Shown here: one piece after another, positions 1 through 10,717 of the stretch
Position numbering within the stretch: position 1 is the stretch's first letter
Layout of the letters: each line of letters opens with the position of its first letter
Source: a bacterium
Lineage (GTDB): Bacteria > SAR324 > NAC60-12
Length of the DNA stretch: 64,000 bases
Direction: 5' to 3'
Assembly: GCA_965205865.1 (NCBI GenBank)
Contig: CBDBHR010000029.1
Location: forward strand, 32,001-96,000
Translations under genes and position numbers: made by a program
Notes under the pieces: generated by a model
Told to the model about the DNA's origin: nothing
The model's database searches: none
What the model saw: only the letters and a program-made list of their open reading frames with translations

Positions 1-598
1 TTTTTTCATGATGAGGGATGGTTTCGTTGAAGCGCACCCTGCGGATGATTTGGCTCATGAGTTTTTTTGCAGAGCCCATGTACTCCCGCAAGCGCAGCAG
101 TTTCAAGGGGGAGCGCACCCGTTTTTCCAAAAGTTCCAGGTTTGTCCGGACCCGCAGGTGATACGCTTGGGCCATGAGGACGTATTTGAGATATTCCTTG
201 CGCCTCTTTTCTTCACGGGCACGCTTTATTTGCTCAACTTTCGAAGTGGAGGGCCTGAGCTTTTGATGGTTAGCCAACTCATGGATGCGGTCGTAATCGG
301 TGTTGAGACCCAGGCGCAGTACGCCAAGCACCAGAATCTTCCACTGCTCCATCCCGGGACGACCAAGACGGGGGTCCGCTTTGCGATGCCTGTCTTCGTT
401 GCTCAGGCCCGAACCGCTTCGCGAGGGGATGACCCGTTCCGGAACCTTGAATACCGATGCGCGTAATGCTGGCGTGGCGTATATGTATTGCAAACCACTA
501 AGGATAGGAGGGAAGTCATCACGGGATTTTAGATCCAACTCGATGGCGGCAACGTCGACTTCGCCGAACTGCATCTGGGGCTCACGTATGGTGCGCAT
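1..598 (-). mobile_element. ISNCY/IS5-like DDE transposase, N-terminal part (runs off the window)
   Basis: The minus strand from ATG at 598 reads MRTIREPQMQFGEVDVAAIELDLKSRDDFPPILSGLQYIY, a typical N-terminus for this transposase group. It is absent from the ORF track, presumably because no stop falls inside the window. Confidence 0.75.
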
Positions 599-767
599 AA
601 AATTTCAAATCTTGAAGATTTACGGAAAAACGAAAGAAACCAGTCAGAAGATACTGTAACTGCAACGATTGACCCTTCATGCGAGGTGGCGCAAACTCGG
701 GTTTTTTCAAATCTTCGCGTCACAAATATCAGTTTATCATCTTGATATAATTAATGAAAGACTTTAC

Positions 768-945
768 TTGATATTTAATGGTATTCACCTATTTTTAAGA
801 AACGAAGATTTTGGAGAAACTCATAAAAATCCCATTTTTTGCTGATTTTGGCCATCTGAACACTGCATCAAACCAATCTTCATCCTGTGAAATTGAAGAA
901 TTGTCAATGAATATCAGGAATTTGAGTATTTTCGGCCAAGCACTA
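768..945. mobile_element. MITE family A, truncated copy
   Basis: Reverse-complement match to 10068-10276 and 35937-36145. It keeps one end, TTTTCGGCCAAGCACTA. Confidence 0.85.
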
Positions 946-1162
946 GTTACTATGTAAAACAGACAGTCTCCGAGGGTTGTGATAAAAATGAAGTTTATCA
1001 AACTATAAACAACCCTTTTAAAGGAGACTGTCATGAAAAAAGATAACATTGAATCATTATCAGGCCAAATTCTTTTTGTTGGCATTGACGTGCATAAGAA
1101 GAGTTTTCACGTACCCTTTCGGAGCTTTGATTGCGAGATGAGCAGTCAGTCGATCCCAGCTA

Positions 1163-3005
1163 GATCCTAGCCGAAAAGGTATTTTAAGGTATTTTTTAGA
1201 ATTATATCTTTAAACTTGAGGTTAAAAAGTGCCATAATTCATTGAAATAACTGTGAATAACTTCAATATTAAGAATTATGGCACCCAAAATGAAACCATT
1301 CATTCGAGCAGAAAAACATCTTATTTTAAGCGCTCCTGATACAGAATTTGAAAATTTCTTATCAGAACTTGATCAATTGTCTGAGCGAGAGCCGGAGATA
1401 TTGGACAAAATTGAACAGGATTTGGAGAAATACGCAAGAAATAAAAAGAAAGAGCGTTTAGAGGATAAACGATGGCAGGAAGCCCGGAATCCATGGCTTC
1501 CTCATCTTCCCGTGGAAGATGAGGAATTGAAGCCGGAAGAACTGAGGCTGGAAATAGGGTGTCCTCGGATGTCGGCTTTTTTAGTCTACCTTTTTATGAT
1601 GATTCGGGGATATTTAGGAAGTATCAAATCCCAAACGGCCCAAATATTTCTTTCAGAGTCAATCACACTGCATCTGCTTCTGCTCAACCGTGGATTGAAA
1701 ATGCCGGGAGCGAGTACAATCCTTGATAATGTCAATGCTGTCAGCAACGAGACCAGACAGTTTATTTTCGATGCTCAAATTCGAATGGTTCTCGATGAAG
1801 AGTTGGACGATTTTGATATTTTAAAACTGGATAGCACCTCTGTAAAAGGAAATACAGCTTGGCCTACTGATTCGTCGATATTGACTCGTCTCGTGGAGCG
1901 AAGCTACCATCGAGGGCGTTCCCTTGATACATTTGGAATCGCTGAGATCAGTGAAAGAAATTTTGATTTCCTCATCAAGGAGATGAATAAGCTCTCTAAG
2001 ATGATGGCTTTTGAGACAGGTAAAAAGGACAGTAAAACGAAGCGAAAAAAACATTACAAAACCCTATTGAAGAAAGCTCAAAGCGCTCATGGGAAATTTT
2101 TAAAAGAAATGGCAAAGGTGGATATCCGTGCCCAAAAAGCTCTTCTCCCCCCTTCTCGGAAAACGCGTTTGATTCGCCTCATTGAAATGATGAATGAAGA
2201 TATTTCTAATTTGCAACGGGTAATCATCTACTGTCATCAAAGAGTTTTTGAAGAAAAGAAGGTTCCTTCTACTGAGAAAGTATTGAGTCTTTCCGATCAG
2301 AGCTCGGCTTATATTCAAAAGGGAGATCGAGAAGCGCTTATCGGATATAAGCCTCAATTAGGAAGGAGCGGAAATGGTTTTATTTCCGTGTTAATTACTC
2401 CGGAGGGCAATGCTGCTGATTCAGGGCAACTCGACCCTGCCCTTGTTGAACATTTGCGATGCACCATCACCATTCCCTCTGAAGTGAGCCTTGATGATGG
2501 ATATGCCAATCAGGCGATCAGAGAAAAGTGGATGGGCAAAGGCGTTAAGGTTTTTAGTATTAGTGGGGCAAAGGGAAAAAAGATGACCCCGATTGAAGAA
2601 TGGGAAAGTGAAATCTATTTGGAATCACGAAATGGAAGATCTGCTGCAGAGTCGTTGATGTTTCATCTTAAGCATCGTTTCCATTTCGGACAAGTTATGC
2701 GCAGAGGGATTGAAAACGTTCGGGCAGAGTTGCTGGAAAAAGCATTAACCTATAATTTTTGCAAAATGATTGAGTTGAAAAAAAGACAACTCAAACAAGC
2801 GGCCTGAATATTCAATGGGGGAGTGTGAAATATGAGCAGGGGCGAGGAAAGTATGTCCAAAAAAGATTTTTTCCCTATAAAAACTGTGCTGTGGGCGAAT
2901 AAAAAACAAAAAAATCGTTTTCTCGTCATATTGAATCAAATAGAGAATCCAATAGAATCAAATTGGTTACATTTACTATTTTCGAAACCCTTTTCGGCTA
3001 GGGTC
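1163..3005 (+). mobile_element. Complete IS element (ISNCY/IS5-like)
   Basis: Inverted repeats GATCCTAGCCGAAAAGG / CCTTTTCGGCTAGGGTC. Target duplication CAGCTA at 1157-1162 and 3006-3011. Confidence 0.9.
1278..2807 (+). CDS. DDE transposase, 509 aa
   Basis: LDSTSVKGN, SLDDGY and RSAAESL motifs. Lies between the inverted repeats. Confidence 0.85.
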   Translation: MAPKMKPFIRAEKHLILSAPDTEFENFLSELDQLSEREPEILDKIEQDLEKYARNKKKERLEDKRWQEARNPWLPHLPVEDEELKPEELRLEIGCPRMSAFLVYLFMMIRGYLGSIKSQTAQIFLSESITLHLLLLNRGLKMPGASTILDNVNAVSNETRQFIFDAQIRMVLDEELDDFDILKLDSTSVKGNTAWPTDSSILTRLVERSYHRGRSLDTFGIAEISERNFDFLIKEMNKLSKMMAFETGKKDSKTKRKKHYKTLLKKAQSAHGKFLKEMAKVDIRAQKALLPPSRKTRLIRLIEMMNEDISNLQRVIIYCHQRVFEEKKVPSTEKVLSLSDQSSAYIQKGDREALIGYKPQLGRSGNGFISVLITPEGNAADSGQLDPALVEHLRCTITIPSEVSLDDGYANQAIREKWMGKGVKVFSISGAKGKKMTPIEEWESEIYLESRNGRSAAESLMFHLKHRFHFGQVMRRGIENVRAELLEKALTYNFCKMIELKKRQLKQAA

Positions 3006-3362
3006 CAGCTAGTTGGTCGGCGTTGAAAAAGCTGTTGAGTCCCTTCAAAGCGCTCGATTTCGAAGCGGCCTATGAAGCGGTTTATTTCGGTTACTGGCTT
3101 TATCGTCATTTAAGCCAGTGGGGAGTTTGCTGTCGTGTCACTCCACCGAGTTTGATTCCTCTAGCTTCGGGCAATCGTGTCAAAACCGACCGTAAAGATA
3201 GCAAGAAATTGGCATTTTATCTCACCCGCGGAATGCTCAAAAGCATCTTTGTTCCCAGTGAAGAAGGACTGATGCAACGCAAACTGATTCGCCATCGACG
3301 TCAACTGCTCAACGATCGCAACCGTGTTCAAAATCGCATCAAATCCGACTTGAACAGGAACA

Positions 3363-3437
3363 GGGGTCAGGCTTCGGTATTTCGCTAAATGGAAGCATAA
3401 TTGAAAATTCAAAAACGAAATAGCGAAGCCTGACCCC
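3363..3437. mobile_element. 75-bp mini-element of the GGGGTCAGGCTT family
   Basis: GGGGTCAGGCTTCG ... CGAAGCCTGACCCC inverted ends, the same as the 370-bp copies at 39545, 46335 and 62882. Confidence 0.8.
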
Positions 3438-3517
3438 GTTTCTTGCCAGCTTTCCTCCGATTCGCTTTTGGCAGTATTCAACAAGCTTCCATAGCCATAC
3501 CACGATTTATACCCAAT

Positions 3518-4323
3518 CTAGGCCAGCAGTTCTTCTGAGGCTTCTTCCAACACCTCCGGGGAAGTGCCCAGTAATAAATTCTCTTGTTGTCGAAATTGCG
3601 GGGCACAGAAGTTGGTGGTCAGGCCGATGCGAGTCTGATCGCTACGGTTGGCACCGGTGGAGTGCCAGGTGCTTCCTTCAAAAATCATGACGGATCTTGC
3701 GGGAGCTTCCACCGGAATCCAATTGGCCTCTGAATAGAGTTCCGGGTCCGGTTGACGGCCGGAAAGATGGCTTTCAGGCACGACAATCGTGGCTCCATTG
3801 TCGTCCCGAAAATCGTCCAGCATCCACATCGCATTGCAGGCACAGGCGGGGGCTATGGCAGGCAGGTTCATGGTGGCCTCTGCCCCATGATGCCCAAAAT
3901 GACCTTCACGCGTCATGGAACCGGGTTTCATCAGCGTCTCTTTCCGGTCATTGGTCGGGGGGGCATCCACCACTGATCGGTGTGAAATGCCTTCGTGCCT
4001 CCAGGGAGAGCCATATGGCCGACATAGGAGGAGAGCAAATAGACGGAACACAGCACATGACCGACCAGTTCTCGTAAGCCGGGGTGGAACATCAAGTCAC
4101 GAATCCCTTGCCCTTTGTTGATTAAAAAAAGGACGAGTTACTTCTTGTCCTCCGTCAGCCTGGCGATTCCCCGCTGTGCTTCCGTTTCTGCTTGTTCCAG
4201 CAGTCGTGCGCGCAAGGCAGCGGCCTCCTCCGGGCTGATGGCATTGGCCAAAATGCAGTAGCCAAACTTACCCATCTGCGCTTTGGCCTCTGTGAAATCC
4301 GTAGGGGGGTTGAGGTAAACCAT
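3518..4323 (-). pseudogene. Phytanoyl-CoA dioxygenase (PhyH)-family gene, fragmented
   Basis: N-terminal piece 4138-4323 (GYCILANAISPEE). C-terminal piece reads NAMWMLDDF..NGATIVVPESH..WHSTGANRS. Confidence 0.75.
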
Positions 4324-4507
4324 AACTTGAGTGGTTTAACTTTGTCATAAGATTTTTTCCTGAAAAATTGATATTAGGCCCCATACTGTTCATTGTTGGG
4401 CTGTTGTCTCCACATAAAAAAAGGGGGCTTGTCTTCAAGTTTTTTTGTTATTTCGCATATACCTCAATTTAAAAGGTTTTTTTTCGCTGCCATCGGCAGC
4501 GCTAGCA

Positions 4508-4726
4508 TTATTGCTGTTCACAATTGAATAAACCGATGAGGGTGACTTCCTCGATACGATTGCTAATGGAATTAGGAGAAAGTCCATCCATCATGGCCAT
4601 GTTCGTCCCGTGTTTGCCGGAGGCATATTCGGTCTGAATACGCACCTCATTGGACGCCAACAGGTGATCTTCGTATTCCAACACGGCTACCCCGTGTCCT
4701 TTGGTAAAAGCAACTTTTCGGGGCAT
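4508..4726 (-). pseudogene. Zn-binding dehydrogenase N-terminal fragment
   Basis: EVRIQTEYASGKHGT resembles the GroES-like N-terminus. The ORF is truncated at 72 aa. Confidence 0.55.
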
Positions 4727-4754
4727 AAGGTCTACTTATAGCGGTCATATTTGC

Positions 4755-5510
4755 TTACACCTGACTCGATGCGTTGGCCTTGGCTCTTTCAGCAGCAATG
4801 ACCTGCTGCATTCCCTCCCAGGCCTCCCAGGGGTGGCAGAGCAAGTGCTTTGAGCGCTCCCACGGATCCACCCCTTCCGGATACTCCAGCCACTCACCGT
4901 GGAATCCACGGTCCGGGTGGTCGCTATGGCCGTGGAAGTCCACCACCATCGACGGTTGATGGGATTTGGCGCGAAGGCGGAAAAGCACGATCATGCGGCT
5001 CTCGGCGCCCAACTCGTTGCGAGTACCGCTATGTGGCATGTGGGACGTGACGATTGCGGCATCGCCTTCTTCCATCAGAAGCTGCGTCGGTTTGGGCCAC
5101 CGCTTGCCGTCGGGCGTACATTCCGAGGTCTCGTCCGTCAGCGCGTCATACATGTAGTCCGGCATTAACTTCATGCCGCAGCGGTTAGGCGAGGTATAAT
5201 CGAACCGGGGCCAGCCGGGTCCCTCTTGCCCAAGGCGCTCCCCGTCAGCACGTTGCCTGTTGAAGAACCGCTCAGCGACGTGGTGCCCCCCTGGGAGTAT
5301 CGCGGTCTGTCCACAACCCTCTCGTGTCTGGTCATTGAGGCAGACAAAGATGAAGGCGGTGAAGCTGCCGATTCCCAGGGTCATCTCCGGATCCATGAAG
5401 AGCGGATCGTAGTTGGTGCCCGTCAACTCCTTGGAAACAGCGTCCTTTAGGATGAGGTAGCCCTCTCGGTACAACTGTTGCTACTGTTCGATTGAGAGAA
5501 TTTCGGTCAT
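4755..5510 (-). pseudogene. PhyH-like 2OG-Fe dioxygenase, degraded
   Basis: EGYLILKDAV, GQTAILPGGHH and MPHSGTRN motifs. In-frame stop near the start and an apparent internal deletion. Confidence 0.65.
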
Positions 5511-5761
5511 GGATTCTCTTTCCTCTTTTGCTTTTCAAAAAAGATTGGCTTTTTTAAGAATAACCTTACCACTCTGACCAGGTCAGACTCTATTGTCAAG
5601 CACTTTAACTTGCTGTAGATTTTCAGATTTTGCTATAAATCCTCAAGCAATCATTCTCTCTGATGATGCTCTTGCGAGTTTCCTCTTCTGTTAATACTCC
5701 ATGAACTGTTGATGAAGACTTTGCCAAAGAGACGGCACAGCGGCCGCGACATTGAGCTGGA

Positions 5762-6841
5762 TCAGGCCTGCATTCGCTGCGCGGCAGCTTCGTTCAGATC
5801 GATGCCGAAGCCCGGCCGGTCGGTCAATATTATCTTGCCATCCTTGGGGACCACATGTTCCCCGTAGAGTTCCGCCACGTCTTCGAGCGGGCCCGAGAAT
5901 TCCGTCGAGAACTCGTGCGGGCGATTGGCGTTCAGCGTCGTTGCGTAGACGTGCAGCGATGCCATGGAGTTGATACCGGCCTGTGGGCTGTGCGGCATCA
6001 CAGGTTTGTCGATCGTGGTGGCGTAGTCGAAGATGCGCTTCACCTCTGACGGTCCGCCTGCGTTCAGGATGTCCGGCTGTAGGATGTCGGGATTACCCAG
6101 CGCAACGAGGTTCTGAAACCACCAGCGAAAGGCGTCCTGCTCGCCCGCGGATACGGCGACGTCGAGTGCGTCCGAGATTTCGCGCAGCCCCGGCAGATCC
6201 CAGTGAGGGATCGGTTCTTCAAAGTGGTCGATGCCGAGCGCCTCGAAGCGCCGGCCCTGCTGGATGGCGGTCGAAACCGAGTAGCCGTTGTTCGCGTCGA
6301 ACCCGAGGTAGATGGGGGGTTCGAGGAATTCACGCACCAGCTTGAACATCTGGTAGTCTTTCTCCGGGTCGATGTCCTGCCGCCAGCCACGCCAGTCCAT
6401 ACGGATTTTGAACGACCGGTAGCCGGTATCCCAGCCTTCGCGCACCTTCTCCAGCATTTCTTCGGGCTGCATCTTCCACCCCGATCCGGTCGACCAGTAA
6501 AGCGGGATCTCCTTTCGCGTCGCGCCGCCCATGAGCGTGAAAACGGGTTGCCCGGTCTCCTTGCCGAGCAGATCCCAGAGCGCTACGTCGACGCTGCCGA
6601 CCACCGCGCCCGGCAGTTTGTGGAAGCCTTCGCCGCGCCCCAGTGCGAGCGTGTCCCAATGGCGGCCGATGTCGAGCGGATTCTCGCCGACCAGCGCCGG
6701 TTTGATTACGGCTTCGAGATAGGCCGCGAAGACGTGCCGGCCATTCGCCTCCGCCCAGCCTTCGACGCCGGCGTCGGTCTGAATGCGCAGGAGGTTCTTG
6801 CCGGTCTTCAGTGCGGTGAGTGTGATGTCCGTTATTTTCAT
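5762..6841 (-). CDS. Mandelate racemase/muconate lactonizing enzyme family protein
   Basis: DVALWDLLGK, FKIRMD, DANNGY, EEP, GEQ and QPD enolase-superfamily motifs. Confidence 0.92.
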   Translation of the reverse strand: MKITDITLTALKTGKNLLRIQTDAGVEGWAEANGRHVFAAYLEAVIKPALVGENPLDIGRHWDTLALGRGEGFHKLPGAVVGSVDVALWDLLGKETGQPVFTLMGGATRKEIPLYWSTGSGWKMQPEEMLEKVREGWDTGYRSFKIRMDWRGWRQDIDPEKDYQMFKLVREFLEPPIYLGFDANNGYSVSTAIQQGRRFEALGIDHFEEPIPHWDLPGLREISDALDVAVSAGEQDAFRWWFQNLVALGNPDILQPDILNAGGPSEVKRIFDYATTIDKPVMPHSPQAGINSMASLHVYATTLNANRPHEFSTEFSGPLEDVAELYGEHVVPKDGKIILTDRPGFGIDLNEAAAQRMQA

Positions 6842-6955
6842 TGTCTGCTCCTTCCTCGTTGTCTTTTGTTAGAGATGACTTCGTATTCCAAATGATGCTT
6901 ATTGTTTGCCATGGTCTTCGAATTTGGCTGTCACTGTTTCCATCCTTTTTGCTCC

Positions 6956-8195
6956 TTATTTTGTCAAATCCAACACACTGCGGGCCACTTCACCCTTACC
7001 CAGGGCGTCGAAGGCCTCATTGACCTCTTCCAGGGATAGACGCGTGACACCAACTCATCGAGCTTGAGCTTGCCCGCTTTGTAAAGATTGAGCGTAACTA
7101 TTCAGGTGCGAAAACACTGGGCTAGAGGTCGACAGAACCTCTATATTGCGTCAAAATACCTCAAAAGTGGATGATTTAGTGCGCATTTTCAAAGGGAAAT
7201 GCCCGCAAGCCCAGGAAACCCGCACCTGAATAGTTACGATTGAGCAAGCGGGGAAAATCAATCCGGGGGCGACCTGTCCCATACATCGAGCCAATGACGG
7301 TCTTTTCTAAAAACAGATCCCGGGCGTCAAGATCGACCGGCGTGTTCACAGGCGCATGGCCGACATAAACGGTAACCCCTCGCCTGCGGGTACAAAGGAT
7401 GGACTGCTTGAAGGGATCACTGACCAACCCGATCGCTTCAAACGCATAATGGACCCCTTGCCCATTCGTCAATTCCCGGATTGCCTCGACCGGATCGCCT
7501 TGGGAGGCATTGACGGTGTGCGTGGCCCCGAATTGTTTGCCCAGTTCGAGTTTGTTGTCCATGAGATCCACCGCGATAATGGGCTCTGCCCCGGCAATTG
7601 CCGCCCCTTGAATCACGTTCAATCCCACGCCCCCACAACCAAAAACGGCTACGGATTTGCCGGCCTGGACATTAGCCGTGTTTAAAGCGGCACCCACTCC
7701 GGTTATTACCCCACAGCCGACCAGGGCTGCCTTTTGGAGCGGAATGTCCTTATCGATGGGGATGGCCATATCCTTGGGGACAATGGTTTCAGTACTAAAG
7801 GTCCCCAGCCCTGTCATCTTGTCCATGGTGCGGTCGCTCTCCGGAAATTGGGGCAATCCTCGCGTATCGGGTTGCATTTCGCAAAGATTGGGATAGCCGA
7901 CTTGGCACATCTCGCAGAGCCCACAGTTGCGCTTCCACGAAAGAATCACATGGTCGCCTTTCTTGACCGAGTGTGCCGCCGAGCCCACTTCCTCGACTAT
8001 GCCAGCCCCTTCGTGACCTAAGATCGCTGGAATGGGAATGATACCAAGCCACTCTCCCTTGACGACATGCCAGTCGGAATGACACACGCCACTCGCGATG
8101 AGCTGGACGCGAACTTGATCGGGTTCAATGTCAGGCAAGTCAAACTGCTCGATTGTTAAGGGGGTATTGACGTCATAAAGTACTGCTGCTTTCAT
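6956..8195 (-). pseudogene. Zn-dependent alcohol dehydrogenase interrupted by a MITE
   Basis: GVCHSD, GHEGAG, a structural-Zn Cys cluster and GCGGVG. Removing 7094-7237 plus one target copy restores DFPRLLNLYKAGKLKLDELVSRVYPLEEVNEAF. Confidence 0.9.
7094..7237. mobile_element. IS66-like MITE, 144 bp
   Basis: Inverted repeats GTAACTATTCAGGTGCG / CGCACCTGAATAGTTAC. 8-bp target duplication GATTGAGC at 7086-7093 and 7238-7245. Confidence 0.9.
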
Positions 8196-8316
8196 GGATC
8201 TTCTCCTTTTAAAAAAATAAGCTAGTAATCGACAACCATTTTGGCAGTGTTTGAGAAGAGCTTTTTTGCTCTTTCCTTTGTATTCTGAGTCTCTCAAACA
8301 ACATTCCGCCGGCCTC

Positions 8317-9144
8317 TTATTCCTGTTCCAGACGCCGAAGCCGCTTCAAGCCCTTCCCCTCGAAGTCCTTCAGCACGCGTTGGAACCGGTCGGCAAAGGC
8401 CTCGCTCCAGTCTTGGGTGTGGATGTACGCGGCGTTGTCGCGAATGCCCGACACGACCATCTCGCCGACCGGTTCCGGTTGCAGTCCCCAGCGAATGTCT
8501 TCCCACACGACTTGGGACTTGCTGCCTGCCTGATCACCGGAGTCGCGCAGTCGGTCGGAGTCCGCCAGGTTGGTAACGGTGTCCCCGGGGCACAAGGTCG
8601 AGACCCCGATTCCATCGGGTTCGAGGTCGGCACGCAATGCTTCGCTGTACGCGACGACCCCGAACTTGCTGGCGCTATAGGCGACGGAGCCGGCGCCGCG
8701 CAGGAAGCCCCCGATCGAGGCCGTGTTCACGATGTGTCCCCCTCGGTTCTGCTCACGCAGGAGCCGGTCGAAGCACTGCCCGACCCGGAAGACCCCGTCG
8801 AGGTTCACTGACATGACGAAGCGCCAATCGTCCTCGGTAGTGTCGCGCATCTAGCCGCCCAGCAAGACCCCGGCGTTGTTGCGCACGATGTCGACGCCGC
8901 CCATCTCCCGTACCGCCGTCTCGGCGAGCGCCGCGACGGAATCCGTCTTCCTGACCTCGACGTGAACGGGAATCCCCCGAACTCCCTTGCCCGTCACCTC
9001 TTCCGCGACTCGCACCGCGTTGTCGAGGTCGATGTCCGCGACGATCATTTTTGCGCCCGCATCGGCGAGTGCCAGGCAGATGCCGCGTCCAATCCCGCAG
9101 CCCCCGCCCGTCACGAGACCGACCTTTCCTTCAAAACTGTCCAT
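8317..9144 (-). pseudogene. Short-chain dehydrogenase with an in-frame TAG
   Basis: TGGGCGIG..NNAG in 8851-9144 and YSASK in 8317-8850. Both pieces are in the same frame, separated only by one stop codon. Confidence 0.9.
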
Positions 9145-9194
9145 AATCTCTGCCCTCCATGTCAGCTTTTTATGAATTTTTACCCTTTTTCTCT

Positions 9195-9293
9195 ACTCGA
9201 TGCATTGGCCTGGACTCTTTCAGCAGCAACGACCTGCTGCATTCCCTCCCAGACCTCCCAGGGGTGGCAGAGCAAGTACTTTGAGCGCTCCCA
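9195..9293 (-). repeat. Diverged copy of the 3' end of the PhyH-like gene (4764-4862)
   Basis: About 99 bp direct repeat with a few substitutions. Confidence 0.85.
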
Positions 9294-9342
9294 ATACATG
9301 AGCATTCCTGATTCGATAAATGCAGTGTTTTGTCAGCTGTTT

Positions 9343-9819
9343 TTAAACCTCAATTTGCTGAGGAAAACCTGGTACTAACTTAGATTGTTCTAATTCCCCT
9401 TGAGAATCAAAAAATTTTGTTATTCCTTGTTCATCAGAAATCCATACCTCATTTGCACCCTGTTCTAGGTATAAGAATTTTTTTCCTCTCATTTCTTCTT
9501 GTGTATTTGTTGGTGATACGACTTCAATACAAATTTCTGGGGCAATTGAAGCTTCTGCTTCATGCTTTATTTTTTCCCACAATTTTTGAGAACACCAAAC
9601 GACATCTGCGACTTTCGTCCCTTTTGAAGTAGAAATTGCGCATTCAGGGAAAATTTTTCCTTGGTTCAATAAATGTTTCAAAATAATTATAATTTCCCCT
9701 TGTATAGCTGAGTGGAATAATCGTGCAGGACTCATAAGAATCTGTCCCCTTTCATTTAACTCGATCTTGTACGGTAAATCTTTTAAATTTGGATCTTCAC
9801 AAACTTGTTGCCAATTCAT
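9343..9819 (-). CDS. Uma2-family endonuclease
   Basis: GQILMSPA, KVADVVW, APEICIEVVSP and GANEVW motifs. Confidence 0.9.
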   Translation of the reverse strand: MNWQQVCEDPNLKDLPYKIELNERGQILMSPARLFHSAIQGEIIIILKHLLNQGKIFPECAISTSKGTKVADVVWCSQKLWEKIKHEAEASIAPEICIEVVSPTNTQEEMRGKKFLYLEQGANEVWISDEQGITKFFDSQGELEQSKLVPGFPQQIEV

Positions 9820-10067
9820 AGGACCTCTCTATTTAGAGTTTTTAATTTTCCTTTTATCATATCATTAAATGGCTGGACTATGAACATTTTAATCTACTTT
9901 TAAACGAATCGGAAGGAAGAGATTGAGACAAAACTCTTTTTTTCTCAAGGGGCTTTTCGTGATCGTACTCGGGAGACGTGCTCGTGCTCGTGAACGAAAC
10001 GGCATCCCAGAGAACCCTGGCTTCCATGCCTTCTCTTCTAAAGGAGTCAGAAGAATTCATTTATAGT

Positions 10068-10276
10068 TAGTGCTTGGCAGAAAAATACTCAAATTGCTGA
10101 TATTAAATGACATTTCATCAATTTCACAGGATGAAGATTTGTTTGATACAGTGTTCAGATGGCCAAAATCAGCAAAAAATGGGATTTTTGATGAGTTTCC
10201 CCAAAATCTTCGTTTCTTGAAAATAGGTGAATACCATTAAATATCATGAAGTTATCTAATTTTCGGCCAAGCATTA
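10068..10276. mobile_element. MITE family A, about 210 bp
   Basis: TAGTGCTTGGCAGAAAA ... TTTCGGCCAAGCATTA inverted ends. Near-identical to 35937-36145. Confidence 0.9.
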
Positions 10277-10293
10277 ATTAGAAAGGGATACAC

Positions 10294-10689
10294 ATGACTG
10301 ATTTCAAAGCAATCGCCTCCTCGCTCGAGGAACGGAGCTTCTGCGTTGTCCCGGAATTCCTGAGCCGTGAAGAGATCGACTTCCTCGAAGTCGAGGATGT
10401 CATGGAGACTCCGGAGGTTGGGCCCGGCGACTTGGTGCTGACGAGCCTCAACGCATTACACGCGACGCAGGTGACCGCGGATCGGCGCATTGCTGTTTCG
10501 TTACGCACCTGCGATCCGGAAACGCCGATCGACTGGCATCGGGTGGCCGGCAGTCCCACGCCTTTTATGATGGAGCAACTCGCGCGCCAGAACCCGTTGA
10601 GTTTCCCGGTTTTTCAACGCACCCAGGAAAACCACTTCGGCATCACTCTGGGGGAGATTGTGCCGACCCTGACTGGCGAGCGCGAGTAG
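10294..10689 (+). CDS. Hypothetical protein, possibly a dioxygenase remnant with an internal deletion
   Basis: FCVVPEFLSREE joined directly to PGDLVL..LHATQ..RIAVSLR. Confidence 0.45.
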   Translation: MTDFKAIASSLEERSFCVVPEFLSREEIDFLEVEDVMETPEVGPGDLVLTSLNALHATQVTADRRIAVSLRTCDPETPIDWHRVAGSPTPFMMEQLARQNPLSFPVFQRTQENHFGITLGEIVPTLTGERE

Positions 10690-10717
10690 CCTAACACAAC
10701 GCAGAGGAGGGAATCTC

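Larger units (their letters stand above)
1033..3362 (+). pseudogene. IS110-family transposase, split by an IS insertion and truncated at the C-terminus
   Basis: 1033-1162 encodes MKKDNIESLSGQILFVGIDVHKKSF. After the insert, the same frame continues WSALKKLL..YEA..GYWLYRHL..PPSLIP..RVKTDRKD (DEDD RuvC-like motifs). Confidence 0.85.

Noticed and set aside
8-659. Plus-strand ORFs 8..466 and 300..659
   Set aside because: Antisense shadows of the minus-strand transposase.
8851-8853. TAG readthrough or recoding in the SDR (likewise the TGA at 61610)
   Set aside because: No supporting recoding signals. TAG and TGA end intact genes elsewhere in the window, and the region is full of pseudogenes.
9878-10060. 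60-aa ORF with GTGCTC micro-repeats
   Set aside because: Possibly a remnant of a four-helix-bundle gene leader, but too short and degraded to call.
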